Positions 1 to 10,020 of a DNA stretch of 64,000 bases are shown piece after piece (the stretch's first letter is position 1; every line of letters begins with the position of its first letter). The stretch is from the NCBI GenBank assembly GCA_963662545.2, contig CAXXLL010000002.1:384001-448000 (forward strand), read 5' to 3'. Source of the DNA: Gammaproteobacteria bacterium (GTDB lineage Bacteria; Pseudomonadota; Gammaproteobacteria; Ga0077536). Below the pieces are notes generated by a model, which was not told where the DNA came from, made no database searches, and saw only the letters and a program-made list of their open reading frames with translations. The translations under genes and the position numbers were made by a program.

Positions 1-2
1 AA

Positions 3-200
3 GAGCAATTGCAATCCGACCGGCCGCTGGGAATCATCGAACTTTACCACCGCCTGCGCTCGAGCCTGAACGATGACGTACACCGCACTGAGCACATGAT
101 AATGGAGTGTCTGGCTGAAGCCTTGTGGCAGGCCGGCCGTTCAGCGGCCGTGTCGAACGAGCGTGATTATCTCGACTGCGTACGGAAGCATATCGCGTGA
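3..200 (+). CDS. DUF1841-like protein, 3' part (runs in from window edge)
   Basis: Open frame EQLQSDRPLGI...HRTEHMIMECLAEALWQA...YLDCVRK resembles the DUF1841 C-terminus; stop overlaps next start (GTGA). Confidence 0.6.
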   Translation, partial: EQLQSDRPLGIIELYHRLRSSLNDDVHRTEHMIMECLAEALWQAGRSAAVSNERDYLDCVRKHIA

Positions 201-1462
201 CAGAACTTGATCTACAGGCCCTGGAGCCGGGCAGGCTGGACGAGGCTGCCGTATTTCTGGCTGAACTCACGCATGATTTTGCGAGTTCGCTGGACATCGA
301 CGAAACGCTCAAGCACGCCATTGATCGTTTCATGGTTTATCTCAACGCAGAAGCCGCTTCGATTTTTCTACTCGAAGAGGACGATTCGGCGCTGGTTTGC
401 AGGGAGTGTGCGGGCCCGGTCAATATCAAGGGGCTGCGCCTCGATCCGGATCAGGGAATCGTCGGGCAAACGGTACAGCACAACGAATCGAAGATCGTAC
501 GCGACGTTTCGACGAACCCGAGTTTTGCCGCCGCAGTCGATGAAGACACTGGATTCGCGACGCGATCGATCCTGTGCGCGCCGCTCTCCGTTCGGGGCAA
601 ATGCATCGGTGTACTCGAATTGCTCAACAAGCGCAGTAAGGACGGGCTGTTCGATTTGAACGATATGCAGTTGGCGACGACGGTAGCGTCGGCCGCCGCT
701 CTGGCGATACATAATGCGCGCATGGCCGCTGAATTGGTCGAGCAGGAGCGGGTGCGCAAGGAACTCGAACTGGCACGTCAGATCCAGGAAAGTCTGTTGC
801 CTGACAACCAGGTGGGGGACTTCCCCGTACATGGCTTAAATATTCCGGCCCGCGAGGTATCAGGCGATTTCTTCGACTTCATGCGCCTTGACGATGGCCG
901 GGTGTATTTCACCTTGGCCGATGTTTCCGGCAAGGGGATGAATGCGGCCTTGCTTATGGCGAAGACGACCAGCCTGCTGCGCTGCCTGGCGAAGACCGCC
1001 CCCGACCCAGGCGTACTGCTTCGCAAGGTCAATGACGAAATCTGTGAAACCGCGAGCATGGGAATGTTCGTCACCATTGTCGCCGGGTACTTGAGCGCTG
1101 ACGGTCAGAGCGTCGAAATCGCGAACGGCGGGCACCAACCGGCCCTGGTGCGACGGCGCGACGGTAGCTTCGAGGAGATTGCGGCAGAAGCACCGCCGCT
1201 TGGCGTGCTGCCCAACGTTGAGTTTCCCTCCCGTGAGGTTCGGCTCGGGAACGATTCCATGTATCTCTATACCGATGGAATCAGTGAAAGCGAAGGACCC
1301 GACGGGACTCAGCTCGATTCGGAAGGCTTGAAACTAATGCTAGAATCGAGTGCCTGCACGCAGGCGAGCGAGCGGCTTCCCGCAATCATCGAAGCGTGGC
1401 GGCGGGCTGGGCACGAAACACATGATGACATAACGCTATTGCTCGTGGAGCTAGCGCAGTGA
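197..1462 (+). CDS. GAF domain + SpoIIE/PP2C phosphatase (RsbU/RsbP-like)
   Basis: GAF (VDEDTGFATRSILCAPL...VLELLNK), then ELELARQIQESLLP, VSGDFFD, ADVSGKG, LYTDG and DDITLL PP2C motifs. Confidence 0.92.
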   Translation: MTELDLQALEPGRLDEAAVFLAELTHDFASSLDIDETLKHAIDRFMVYLNAEAASIFLLEEDDSALVCRECAGPVNIKGLRLDPDQGIVGQTVQHNESKIVRDVSTNPSFAAAVDEDTGFATRSILCAPLSVRGKCIGVLELLNKRSKDGLFDLNDMQLATTVASAAALAIHNARMAAELVEQERVRKELELARQIQESLLPDNQVGDFPVHGLNIPAREVSGDFFDFMRLDDGRVYFTLADVSGKGMNAALLMAKTTSLLRCLAKTAPDPGVLLRKVNDEICETASMGMFVTIVAGYLSADGQSVEIANGGHQPALVRRRDGSFEEIAAEAPPLGVLPNVEFPSREVRLGNDSMYLYTDGISESEGPDGTQLDSEGLKLMLESSACTQASERLPAIIEAWRRAGHETHDDITLLLVELAQ

Positions 1463-1487
1463 GAGACAATACCGCTGCCTTGTGGTT

Positions 1488-1661
1488 AGCCCGGGCATCC
1501 TGCCCTCCGCCCTTGCAGGGCCAGCGTCGCTTCGCTCCCCTGTTCAAATTTGCTCCAGGCAAATTTGTGTCAACTACGCCGTCGCCGTCTTCCGCTCCGT
1601 GCGCCCCGTCACAGCGGCGCCTCAACGTCCTCGCGACGGACCGTGGTGAGAAATCCGGGCT
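1488..1661. mobile_element. Putative MITE / palindromic intergenic element
   Basis: Short inverted ends AGCCCGG...CCGGGCT, right end GTGGTGAGAAATCCGGGCT, internal hairpin CAAATTTGC-TCCAG-GCAAATTTG; splits an otherwise tight operon. Confidence 0.5.
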
Positions 1662-1715
1662 GGCGTTTTCAACCAGAGCGTCGGCTCGTTCGGCCCAGCA
1701 CCTGGGCTTACGCCA

Positions 1716-2135
1716 ATGACCGGGCCCAAGCGTTTACTCGAACTCCGCTTTACGTCAGATCCCAAGCGTCTGAAAATGGTACGGGATCAGGTTCAGCAGG
1801 CAGCGGGGCAACTCGAGTGTACCAAGAAGCTCGTATCGGACCTGATTATTGCAGTCAACGAAGCGTGTATGAATATCATGGAGCACGCGTATAACGGCGA
1901 CCGCTCTGGTGAAATCGTCCTGGAGATCAATGATAATGGGGAAGAGGTCGAGGTCGTGCTCACGGATTTTGCAGAACCGGTCGATTTCGAAAATATACAA
2001 CACCGAGATTTGGACGATGTTCGCCCCGGAGGGCTCGGAACGTTCTTCATCAGGGAGCTCATGGATGAATGCGCCTACGCTCATTTGCAGGGGCACAGCG
2101 GGAACGTCCTCAGAATGACCAAGCGGCTCGGGTAG
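1716..2135 (+). CDS. Anti-sigma factor / serine kinase (RsbW/SpoIIAB-like, HATPase_c_2)
   Basis: AVNEACMNIMEHAY N-box, RPGGLGTFFIRELMD G-box. Confidence 0.9.
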   Translation: MTGPKRLLELRFTSDPKRLKMVRDQVQQAAGQLECTKKLVSDLIIAVNEACMNIMEHAYNGDRSGEIVLEINDNGEEVEVVLTDFAEPVDFENIQHRDLDDVRPGGLGTFFIRELMDECAYAHLQGHSGNVLRMTKRLG

Positions 2136-2205
2136 TAATCCGGCGAGCACGGAAACGAACAAGAGTCGCAAAAAACTCAAATATTTCCAATAAGGACTTT
2201 CCCGG

Positions 2206-2538
2206 ATGGCTTACCAAGTCAAAGCAGAAAGCGGTTACGACGTGGTGTTGCTGAACGGCGATGTGGATTTATCCTGCTCGCCGGAAGCGCGCAAGGCGAT
2301 ATTGTCCTGCCTCGGGGACGGGCACCATACCCTGGTCGATCTTAGCGCAGTCAGTTATATCGACAGCTCTGGAGTAGCAAGCCTGGTCGAAGGGTTTCAA
2401 ACAGCGAAAAAAAACAGCCTGCGATTCGGCTTGATTGGAGTCAGCGATGCCGCGATGAGCGTGCTAGAACTGGCGCGCCTCGACAAAGTGTTTCCAATAC
2501 ATGCGGATTTGAATGCGCGCCTAAAGGCGGATGGCTGA
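2206..2538 (+). CDS. STAS-domain anti-sigma factor antagonist (RsbV/SpoIIAA-like)
   Basis: VDLSAVSYIDSSGVASLV with the conserved phospho-acceptor Ser. Confidence 0.92.
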   Translation: MAYQVKAESGYDVVLLNGDVDLSCSPEARKAILSCLGDGHHTLVDLSAVSYIDSSGVASLVEGFQTAKKNSLRFGLIGVSDAAMSVLELARLDKVFPIHADLNARLKADG

Positions 2539-3343
2539 ACCCCGGGAGGGCGCGCTTGTTCTCGCGCTCGAACGATTCGGCAAGGTTTGTGCCGACCTGA
2601 TTGAGGAGCTGGGTTACTACCTCGCGCTGACCGTCGAAAGCTTCTACTGGATCACCTGGGGAGCGATCAAGCGACAACCCGTCAGAATTTCGGCGATCGC
2701 CCACCAAATGGTCGATATCGGGATTTCCGGTCTGCCCATCATATTCATGGTGTCGTTTGCGATAGGGGTCATGCTTGCGATCCAGGGCATCCACACGCTC
2801 AAGCAGTTCGGCGCCGAAACTCAGGTCGTCTTAGGGATAGCCCTGTCCGTTACGCGGGAGTTTGGTCCGCTCATCACGGGCATCCTGGTCGCCGGTCGCT
2901 CTGGATCTGCGCTTGCCGCCCGCATCGGCACCATGACCGTCAACCAGGAAATCGATGCGCTACGCGTGATGGGAATCAATCCCGTACGATATCTGGTGGC
3001 ACCGGTCATGATTGCAATGTTGGTGATGATGCCCCTGGTTACGCTGTTTTCGGACTTCTCCGCCTTGTTCGGCGGTGCCATATTCTGCAAGCTCGAGCTC
3101 GGATTGAGCTATTCGGCGTACTGGGATCAGGTCACGGGCTTCATCACTGCCGATGATGTCGGTCAGGGACTCTGGAAAAGCGGCGTCTTCGCCGTGATCA
3201 TCGCGTTGGTCGGCGTGAGCAACGGTTTCATGGTGTCCGGAGGGGCGGAGGGCGTGGGTAAATTCACGACCCGGGCGGTGGTTCTGGCTATATCTTACAT
3301 CGTTCTGGGCGATATGGTGTTCACGTATTTTCTGAACCGCTGA
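2531..3343 (+). CDS. mlaE: MlaE-family ABC permease
   Basis: REFGPLITGILVAGRSGSALAARIGTM...EIDALRVMGINP, GGAEGVGKFTTRAVV. Confidence 0.9.
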   Translation: MAEPREGALVLALERFGKVCADLIEELGYYLALTVESFYWITWGAIKRQPVRISAIAHQMVDIGISGLPIIFMVSFAIGVMLAIQGIHTLKQFGAETQVVLGIALSVTREFGPLITGILVAGRSGSALAARIGTMTVNQEIDALRVMGINPVRYLVAPVMIAMLVMMPLVTLFSDFSALFGGAIFCKLELGLSYSAYWDQVTGFITADDVGQGLWKSGVFAVIIALVGVSNGFMVSGGAEGVGKFTTRAVVLAISYIVLGDMVFTYFLNR

Positions 3344-4131
3344 TGCAATCTAATGCAATCGAAGTAAGGGATCTCGTCACTCATTACGGTGCGCGGCTCA
3401 TTCTCGATCAGGTCGATTTGGACGTAGCCCACGGTGAAATCATGGTCATCATGGGCGGTAGCGGATCGGGGAAAAGCACGCTTCTTCGCCACCTGCTCGG
3501 GCTGCATACACCAACCAGCGGAAGCATCAGGCTGCTTGGCCAGGACCTCAGCGAGATGAATGCCGATGAGATGCATGCGTTACGGACCAATATGGGTGTT
3601 TCATTTCAGGGCGGTGCGCTGCTCAGCTCCATGACGGTGGGTGAAAATGTCATGCTGCCTCTGCGCGAACACACCAAGCTCGACGAACAAACGATGAGCA
3701 TCATGTCTCGAATGAAGCTCGAGGTCGTGAGTCTCGGCGGATTTGGAGATCTGAAGCCGGCGCAGTTGTCCGGCGGCATGATTAAACGGGCGGCGCTTGC
3801 GCGGGCGATCGTCATGGATCCCAAACTGCTTTTCTTCGACGAGCCCTCGGCAGGGCTGGATCCCGTTGTTGCGGCCGAGCTCGACGACCTGATCTTGAAA
3901 CTTCGCGACAGCATGCAGATGACGATCGTCGTCGTCACCCATGAATTGGATAGCGCCTTCAAGATAGCCGATAAAATCACGGTATTGGATGCGGGGAAAA
4001 TCCTGTTGACTGGCACCGTCGATGCGGTCCGAAACTCCGATAATGCGCGTATACAAGCGCTCTTGAATCGCCGCCCGGGAGAAGAAGAAATCGATGCCGA
4101 TGCGTATCTGGAGCGGCTTACAGGGGGATGA
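3343..4131 (+). CDS. mlaF: MlaF-family ABC ATPase
   Basis: Walker A GGSGSGKS, LSGGMIKR signature, FFDEPSAGLDP. Confidence 0.92.
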   Translation: MQSNAIEVRDLVTHYGARLILDQVDLDVAHGEIMVIMGGSGSGKSTLLRHLLGLHTPTSGSIRLLGQDLSEMNADEMHALRTNMGVSFQGGALLSSMTVGENVMLPLREHTKLDEQTMSIMSRMKLEVVSLGGFGDLKPAQLSGGMIKRAALARAIVMDPKLLFFDEPSAGLDPVVAAELDDLILKLRDSMQMTIVVVTHELDSAFKIADKITVLDAGKILLTGTVDAVRNSDNARIQALLNRRPGEEEIDADAYLERLTGG

Positions 4132-4158
4132 TCCTCCGCAACTCCGGCATTTGACGCA

Positions 4159-5169
4159 ATGAAAAAGGACAAGCTCAACTACCTACTCGTAGGCACTTTC
4201 GTCGCGGTGATGCTCGTGGCATTCCTGCTGCTGTTGTTTGCCCTCACGGGCCGCAGCGGCCCCACGGATCGCTACACTGTCTTTTACGATAACGTCTCCG
4301 GGCTTAAGTTTGGAACCAGCGTTTACTATGAAGGATATCGGGTTGGCCAGATTGAAGATCTGTCGCCCGACCCGACCGACAAGGGAATGCGGTATAAGAT
4401 CATTCTCAGTGTGAAATCCGGTTGGCGGATCCCGAGCGACAGCGTCGCCAGTGCCGCATCTTCCGGCCTTATTTCGGCTATCACGATCGAGATCGAACAA
4501 GGCGAAGCGTTGAGTTTTCTCAAACCGGGCGACACGATCAAGGGACGCGGTCAAGCGGATCTTTTTGCCGTTATCAATCAGGCCGCCACGGATTTTCGTT
4601 CCCTGTCCCGAGAAGGGATCATGCCTGTAATGAAAAATCTGAATACACGGATTACGGAGCTCGCTCAAGAAATAGTCGGTTTCCGACGCGATGATTTGAC
4701 GCCGTTCGTACAAATGATGCACAAGCGTCTGGATGAAGATCTAATCAGTGAGGCTGTTGATTTACTCGACCATCTCGATGAAAGCGCACAGGGATTGCAG
4801 ACGCTCCTCGGAAGCGAAAATCAGGAACGCGTAGAAATATTCCTGATCCATGTCGATGACGCTGCGGTAAACATGAATGAACTGATCAACCGGATTGAAA
4901 ATACGCGGCTGCAAATGAATGGCGTTCTCGGCTCCCTCGAAAATGTCGTTGAGAAAAATCGAAGCGGGCTGTCGAATACGGTGTCGTCCGCGGAGACCTC
5001 GATGAAAGAAGTGGAACTCGCCGTGCAGACGTTCAACCAGCACCTCAGTGTGATTCTTTACAATATCGAGAGCGGAAGCCGTCACATGAGCGAGTTCGCG
5101 CGTTCAATTCGAGAGAACCCCTCGCGATTGATCCGCAAGTCGAGCGTGACGGAGCCCGGTTCGCCGTGA
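4159..5169 (+). CDS. MCE/MlaD-family protein with long helical C-terminus
   Basis: N-terminal TM, VSGLKFGTSVYYEGYRVG MCE motif, C-terminal IRENPSRLI. Confidence 0.88.
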   Translation: MKKDKLNYLLVGTFVAVMLVAFLLLLFALTGRSGPTDRYTVFYDNVSGLKFGTSVYYEGYRVGQIEDLSPDPTDKGMRYKIILSVKSGWRIPSDSVASAASSGLISAITIEIEQGEALSFLKPGDTIKGRGQADLFAVINQAATDFRSLSREGIMPVMKNLNTRITELAQEIVGFRRDDLTPFVQMMHKRLDEDLISEAVDLLDHLDESAQGLQTLLGSENQERVEIFLIHVDDAAVNMNELINRIENTRLQMNGVLGSLENVVEKNRSGLSNTVSSAETSMKEVELAVQTFNQHLSVILYNIESGSRHMSEFARSIRENPSRLIRKSSVTEPGSP

Positions 5170-5768
5170 GATTAGTTCGCGGCCCTCTCATCGCACTGAT
5201 ATTGCTGATCACCGCGGGCTGCGGGTCCTTGTCGCCTCCACCGAAAGATACTTTTTACCGACTGGACTTCGGGTTGCCGGGACCGCAGGGCGAAAGTGCT
5301 GAAGCAAAAGACGTCATTTATCTACCACCTTTCTGGGCCAGTGGATTACACACTGAACGCGCACTGGTCTTTGCCCATGCTGACGGCACCTCGCTGGAAC
5401 AGCAGGTTTATCACTTCTGGATCGACAGCCCGCGGGTCATGCTGCAACATGCACTTGCGGATCACCTTCGCTCGGTGGTCGGCGCCCGCGTTGTCCTGGA
5501 ACCGGCGACGACAGCAGCGTATACGCTGCGTGGCAAAATACGACGGTTCGAACGTACCAACAGCGGCGGATCGAACTATGCGCAGGTGGACCTGAATATT
5601 GCGTTGTACGGATCAAACGGTTCGGTTCCCGAATTCGAGCGCGACTACATAAGCTCAATCCCGGTCGGCGGCCATTCTGTTGCCGCCGGCGTGGCGGCGC
5701 TGAGTGAGGGGACGAAACAGATATTCACGACATTTACCGGGGATCTCCGCCGCTATTTAGAGCAGTGA
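5166..5768 (+). CDS. PqiC-like ABC auxiliary outer-membrane lipoprotein
   Basis: Lipobox TAGC, HFWIDSPRVMLQ motif, position after the MCE gene. Confidence 0.8.
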   Translation: MRLVRGPLIALILLITAGCGSLSPPPKDTFYRLDFGLPGPQGESAEAKDVIYLPPFWASGLHTERALVFAHADGTSLEQQVYHFWIDSPRVMLQHALADHLRSVVGARVVLEPATTAAYTLRGKIRRFERTNSGGSNYAQVDLNIALYGSNGSVPEFERDYISSIPVGGHSVAAGVAALSEGTKQIFTTFTGDLRRYLEQ

Positions 5769-5889
5769 TGCTCGCGCCGCCTGTTGAGGCGGCGAAACGG
5801 TTCGACGCCGGTAGACGCGGCAATGTATCAACGCGGAGTTGAGTCTTGAGACCGCTATCTATTATGCGGCACAAGCCGAGGGTAATACG

Positions 5890-8133
5890 GTGAAGGAAAT
5901 ATTCAGCAGGCTTATAGACAACTGGGCTCGGGTAGGACTGAGTTCGCTCGTGCTCCTAGCGTTTGTTGTGCATGCTGCCGGGTTCTTCAGGGTTGGCTTC
6001 ATCGACCAGATGGAAAACCTGGCCTACGACGCCCACCTCCGATTTACCATGCCCAGTACACTCGACGAGAGCGTCGTCATCGTGGATATCGATGAAGTCA
6101 GTCTGACTGCCGAAGGACGATGGCCGTGGCCACGCGACAAGCTCGCCCGGCTGGTCCAAAACCTGTTCGAGGAATACGAGGTCAGGCTCGTCGGTTTCGA
6201 TATCGTCTTTGCCGAAGCGGACGAAAGCTCAGGACTCAAGGTTCTCGAGGAACTCGCGAACAATGAATTGCTCGGTAACCAGGAATTTATCAGCCAGCTT
6301 CAAATCATTCGACCGGAACTGGATTATGACGGCATTTTTGCGGAGGCGATTCAAAAATACGATGTGATACTGGGGTACTACTTCAATATCGGCTCCAGCG
6401 AGTTCGACACGCCGCGCACGGGTTCACTGCCCGAACCGGTATTCGAAAAATCCGTTTTCCAGGGTAAAAACGTCAAGTTTTTGACAGCCACTGGTTATGG
6501 TGGAAACATCCAGGCGCTTTCTACCAGTTCTCTTGGCGCCGGGCATTTTACGCAGCAACCGGATCGGGACGGCGTCGTGCGCAGGGTACCGATGCTGGTG
6601 CGTTTCGATGATCAGTACTACGCGTCGTTGTCGCTCGAAGTGATACGACGCGTCCTGGATGAAGAAATGATACCAGGGTTCGAAATGCCGGCGTTCGGTA
6701 CGCGCGGATACCCATTCCTCGAGTCGTTGAAAGTAGGTAAGGTCAGCATACCGGTCGACCGCCACGTGAAAACGCTCGTCCCATTCCGTGGCGGCAAGGG
6801 GAGTTTCCCCTATGTTCCGGCAACCCAGGTCCTGCACGCGGTCGCCGATAAAAATATATTGAAGGATCGCATCGTTCTACTCGGTACGAGCGCGCCTGGC
6901 CTGCTCGACTTGCGCGCAACGCCTACGGAAGAAGCCTATCCAGGGGTCGAGGTCCACGCGAATCTGATCGCCGGCATACTCGGCGGCACGGTTATGGAAG
7001 CTCCGGAATACACCCTGGGTGCCGAGATCATCATGCTCGTCGTCGCCGGGGTAGGCATGGTTCTGGCCGGGACCTTGTTGAGTCCGCTGTTCACGACCCT
7101 GTACACCGGCGCCGGCATTATTCTCTACGTCGGATTCAATCACCTGGTATGGACCTCCGGCGGACTGGTATTGCCGGTGGCTTCAGGGATCCTAATGGTC
7201 CTGGCGATGTTCCTGCTGCACATGTCTTACGGCTACTTCGTGGAAACCCGTGGCAAACGCCAGATCACCGGGCTGTTCGGGCAATATATTCCGCCCGAAC
7301 TGGTCGACGAGATGGCCAAGGCGCCGACGGACTATTCCCACGCGGCGGAAAACCGTGAACTAACCGTCCTGTTCTCCGATGTGCGCGGCTTTACAACGCT
7401 TTCAGAAGGGCTGTCTCCGACCGATCTGTCGGACCTCATGAACCAGTTCCTGACACCCATGACGGGGGTAATTCACGATGCCCGAGGAACGATCGACAAG
7501 TACATGGGCGACGCGATCATGGCGTTCTGGGGTGCGCCTCTCGCCGATCCGGACCACCCGCGGCACGCGCTCGAAGCGGGGATTGCGATGCTCGAAAGCC
7601 TTGGCGACATCAACAAGGCCTTTCGCGAGCGCGGGTGGCCGGATATACGGATTGGCGTCGGTGTTAATACCGGGCCGATGATGGTCGGCGACATGGGGTC
7701 GGAATTTCGCATGGCTTATACCGTACTCGGTGACGCGGTGAATCTCGGGTCCCGGTTGGAAGGACTGACCAAGGAGTACGGCGTCGGTATTATCGTTGGC
7801 GAAACGACCAAGGCAGCGGTTCCCGAATATGCTTTCCGCGAACTCGACCGCGTGCGCGTCAAAGGCAAGGCCAAACCCGTGGCGATTTACGAACCGCTCT
7901 GCCGCAAGGAGGAAATCGACAAGGAACAGAAGAAGGAACTCAAGCTCTTAGCGGAAACGATAAAAATGTATCGCGCGCAGCAATGGGATATGGCTGAGCT
8001 CAATTTCGAAAATCTCCAGAGAATTTCGCGCTCACCGAACTTGTACAAGGCCTACGTTGAGCGCATCAAGATATTTCGCCAGGAGCCGCCGCCTAGCGAT
8101 TGGGACGGCGTATTCGATCACAAGACGAAATAA
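5890..8133 (+). CDS. CHASE2-domain class III adenylate/guanylate cyclase
   Basis: VIVDIDE..GRWPWPR and PGVEVHAN (CHASE2), 3 TM helices, LFSDVRGFT, DKYMGDAIMAFWGAP, GDAVNLGSRLEG; start either GTG 5890 or TTG 5839. Confidence 0.93.
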   Translation: MKEIFSRLIDNWARVGLSSLVLLAFVVHAAGFFRVGFIDQMENLAYDAHLRFTMPSTLDESVVIVDIDEVSLTAEGRWPWPRDKLARLVQNLFEEYEVRLVGFDIVFAEADESSGLKVLEELANNELLGNQEFISQLQIIRPELDYDGIFAEAIQKYDVILGYYFNIGSSEFDTPRTGSLPEPVFEKSVFQGKNVKFLTATGYGGNIQALSTSSLGAGHFTQQPDRDGVVRRVPMLVRFDDQYYASLSLEVIRRVLDEEMIPGFEMPAFGTRGYPFLESLKVGKVSIPVDRHVKTLVPFRGGKGSFPYVPATQVLHAVADKNILKDRIVLLGTSAPGLLDLRATPTEEAYPGVEVHANLIAGILGGTVMEAPEYTLGAEIIMLVVAGVGMVLAGTLLSPLFTTLYTGAGIILYVGFNHLVWTSGGLVLPVASGILMVLAMFLLHMSYGYFVETRGKRQITGLFGQYIPPELVDEMAKAPTDYSHAAENRELTVLFSDVRGFTTLSEGLSPTDLSDLMNQFLTPMTGVIHDARGTIDKYMGDAIMAFWGAPLADPDHPRHALEAGIAMLESLGDINKAFRERGWPDIRIGVGVNTGPMMVGDMGSEFRMAYTVLGDAVNLGSRLEGLTKEYGVGIIVGETTKAAVPEYAFRELDRVRVKGKAKPVAIYEPLCRKEEIDKEQKKELKLLAETIKMYRAQQWDMAELNFENLQRISRSPNLYKAYVERIKIFRQEPPPSDWDGVFDHKTK

Positions 8134-8137
8134 TTAG

Positions 8138-8298
8138 CAGGCTGTTGAAAAACTCGTTTTTCGACAGCCTGTGCCCGGCACAAGGATGTGCCGGCATCAA
8201 TCGAGCACGCTATGTGCTTGATTGATGGAGCAAGACGGAAACCGCGTTTTCGTCTTGCGAGTTGAAAAACGATAGGGACATCGTTTTTCAACAACCTG
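8138..8298. mobile_element. MITE, 161 bp, with TTAG target duplication
   Basis: TIR CAGGCTGTTGAAAAAC / GTTTTTCAACAACCTG, TTAG at 8134-8137 and 8299-8302, several internal hairpins, no ORF. Confidence 0.8.
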
Positions 8299-8381
8299 TT
8301 AGGGAACCTTAGAATTGCGGCGGCGCGGATTTAACAGCGCAGCGCGGTATCAATATTCAAGAAAAACTTTGATACCTGTTG

Positions 8382-9119
8382 CTACCTGACGAGATTGAAC
8401 TCCATTTTAATTCCAGCCAGTTCAATAATGTCGCCGTTCTGGATGGCGTAAGCCTGCGTGCCGATCGGCGACTCGTTGACCACCGGAAAGTTGTCGTTGG
8501 TCCCATCGCCTTCGATGTGGGTGAGAAAATAGCCCTGCGGTCGCCGCGAAATGACAGCCACCTGCGTGCCGGGTTTGCCGAGCGTGATCAGCGCTTTGGT
8601 CAGCTCGAGTTCCTTGCCCGCAATAGGGCCGTTCAATACCTGCAATTTACCGAGCGGCATGCCGCTGCCCGCGGGGGGGGTCGGCTTCGGAGTACCGCCG
8701 GAGGTCAAATTCATGTCGGGTGCGGCGGCGCCGGCAGCCTTCTCTGCGGCTTTCGCCGCTTCGACCGCGGCGCTTGCAGAACCCGGCCGGATGATCATCG
8801 TTTTCTCGAAGTCTTCGTCATCGGCGGTTGCGTGCTCGTTGACGTACTTGAGTTCGTGCTTGCCGAGGCCTATGACGTCACCATTGCGCAGAGCGTGTTT
8901 CTTGACGAGTTTGCCGTTGACGTATGTCCCGTTCGTACTGCCGAGATCTTCGAGAAACGAGTCGTCGAGTATCGTAATGATCAGTGCGTGCTTGCCGCTG
9001 ACGGCAAGGTTGTCGATCTGGATGTCATTGTCGGGTTTCCTGCCGATGGTAATACGTTCGTTCTCCAGCGGGAATTCCCCCTGCACTGCCCCATTCATGC
9101 TCAGAACCAGCTTCGCCAT
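8382..9119 (-). CDS. Tandem FHA-domain protein
   Basis: ITIGRKPDNDI...VSGKHA...DLGSTNGTYVN (canonical FHA) plus a second, degenerate FHA at the C-terminus. Confidence 0.9.
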   Translation of the reverse strand: MAKLVLSMNGAVQGEFPLENERITIGRKPDNDIQIDNLAVSGKHALIITILDDSFLEDLGSTNGTYVNGKLVKKHALRNGDVIGLGKHELKYVNEHATADDEDFEKTMIIRPGSASAAVEAAKAAEKAAGAAAPDMNLTSGGTPKPTPPAGSGMPLGKLQVLNGPIAGKELELTKALITLGKPGTQVAVISRRPQGYFLTHIEGDGTNDNFPVVNESPIGTQAYAIQNGDIIELAGIKMEFNLVR

Positions 9120-9132
9120 CGATCTGTCCTAT

Positions 9133-10009
9133 TCAGCTGCCCTTCTTCAGAAAGCTATTGATTTTCGCGACGATCCCCGATCCCCTCGCCACCAAGGCCT
9201 GTGGCCGCACGAGTACCACGGAAATGTTGTCCTTACCACCTTTTTCGTTCGCCAAGCGCACCAACTCGCCGGCGGCTTCTACAAGATTAGCACTATATTT
9301 ACTTAGGGTTAAGTGAATATCCTCATCATCTACCATATCATTCAGTCCGTCCGAGCAGAGCAGGTAGATTTCCCCGGGAGTGGAGTCCTGCTCCTGAACG
9401 TCCCTCCCCAGGGCGCGTGTGACGAGGTTTTTGGGCGTGTTTTCCGTCCACATCGACCTGTTCTTCTATCCCCAGGGCGCGTGTGACGAGGTTTTTGGGC
9501 GTGTTTTCCGCCGCTTCCTCGGGCGTGAAAAACCCCCTGTCGACCAGTTCCTGGATGAGTGAATGATCGCTGGTTATCTGCTTGAATTCCTCACCGCGCA
9601 ACCGATAAACCCGCGAATCGCCCACATGGGCGATGCTGACCCGCTGGCCGTGGTAAAACACGACCACGACCGTAGTGCCCATCCCCTGGCATTGGGGTAC
9701 GTCTTGTGCAGTGCGAAAAACGTGGGCGTTGGCCTTGGCGACGGCATTGCGGATGACGAGCGAAGCAGCGCTGAGTCCTGATTCCTCGTCGATTTCCCCG
9801 TCTTTGGCGGCCGGTATGGTCCTGCGGACCTCGTCGAGTATCAATTGGGCGGCAATGGCGCTCGCGACCTCGCCGGCCTTATATCCCCCCATACCGTCAG
9901 CCACAACTGCGAGTCCGAGGCTCGTATCCGTAACGGCACTGTCTTCGTTATGCGGCCGTTTCTGCCCTGTATCTGAGATATTCGCAACTTCGATAATCGA
10001 CGCGGCCAC
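9133..10009 (-). pseudogene. Stp1/PrpC-type PP2C Ser/Thr phosphatase, frameshifted by a 46-bp insertion
   Basis: RPHNED, VADGMGG, GMGTT, HVGDSR and NLVTRALG in one frame; LLCSDGL and GGKDNISV in another; removing 9404-9449 restores one ORF. Confidence 0.85.
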
Positions 10010-10020
10010 GGCGATTACCC

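Noticed and set aside
1459-1719. 86-aa ORF bridging the phosphatase and anti-sigma genes
   Set aside because: Runs through a palindromic MITE-like element; no protein-like features
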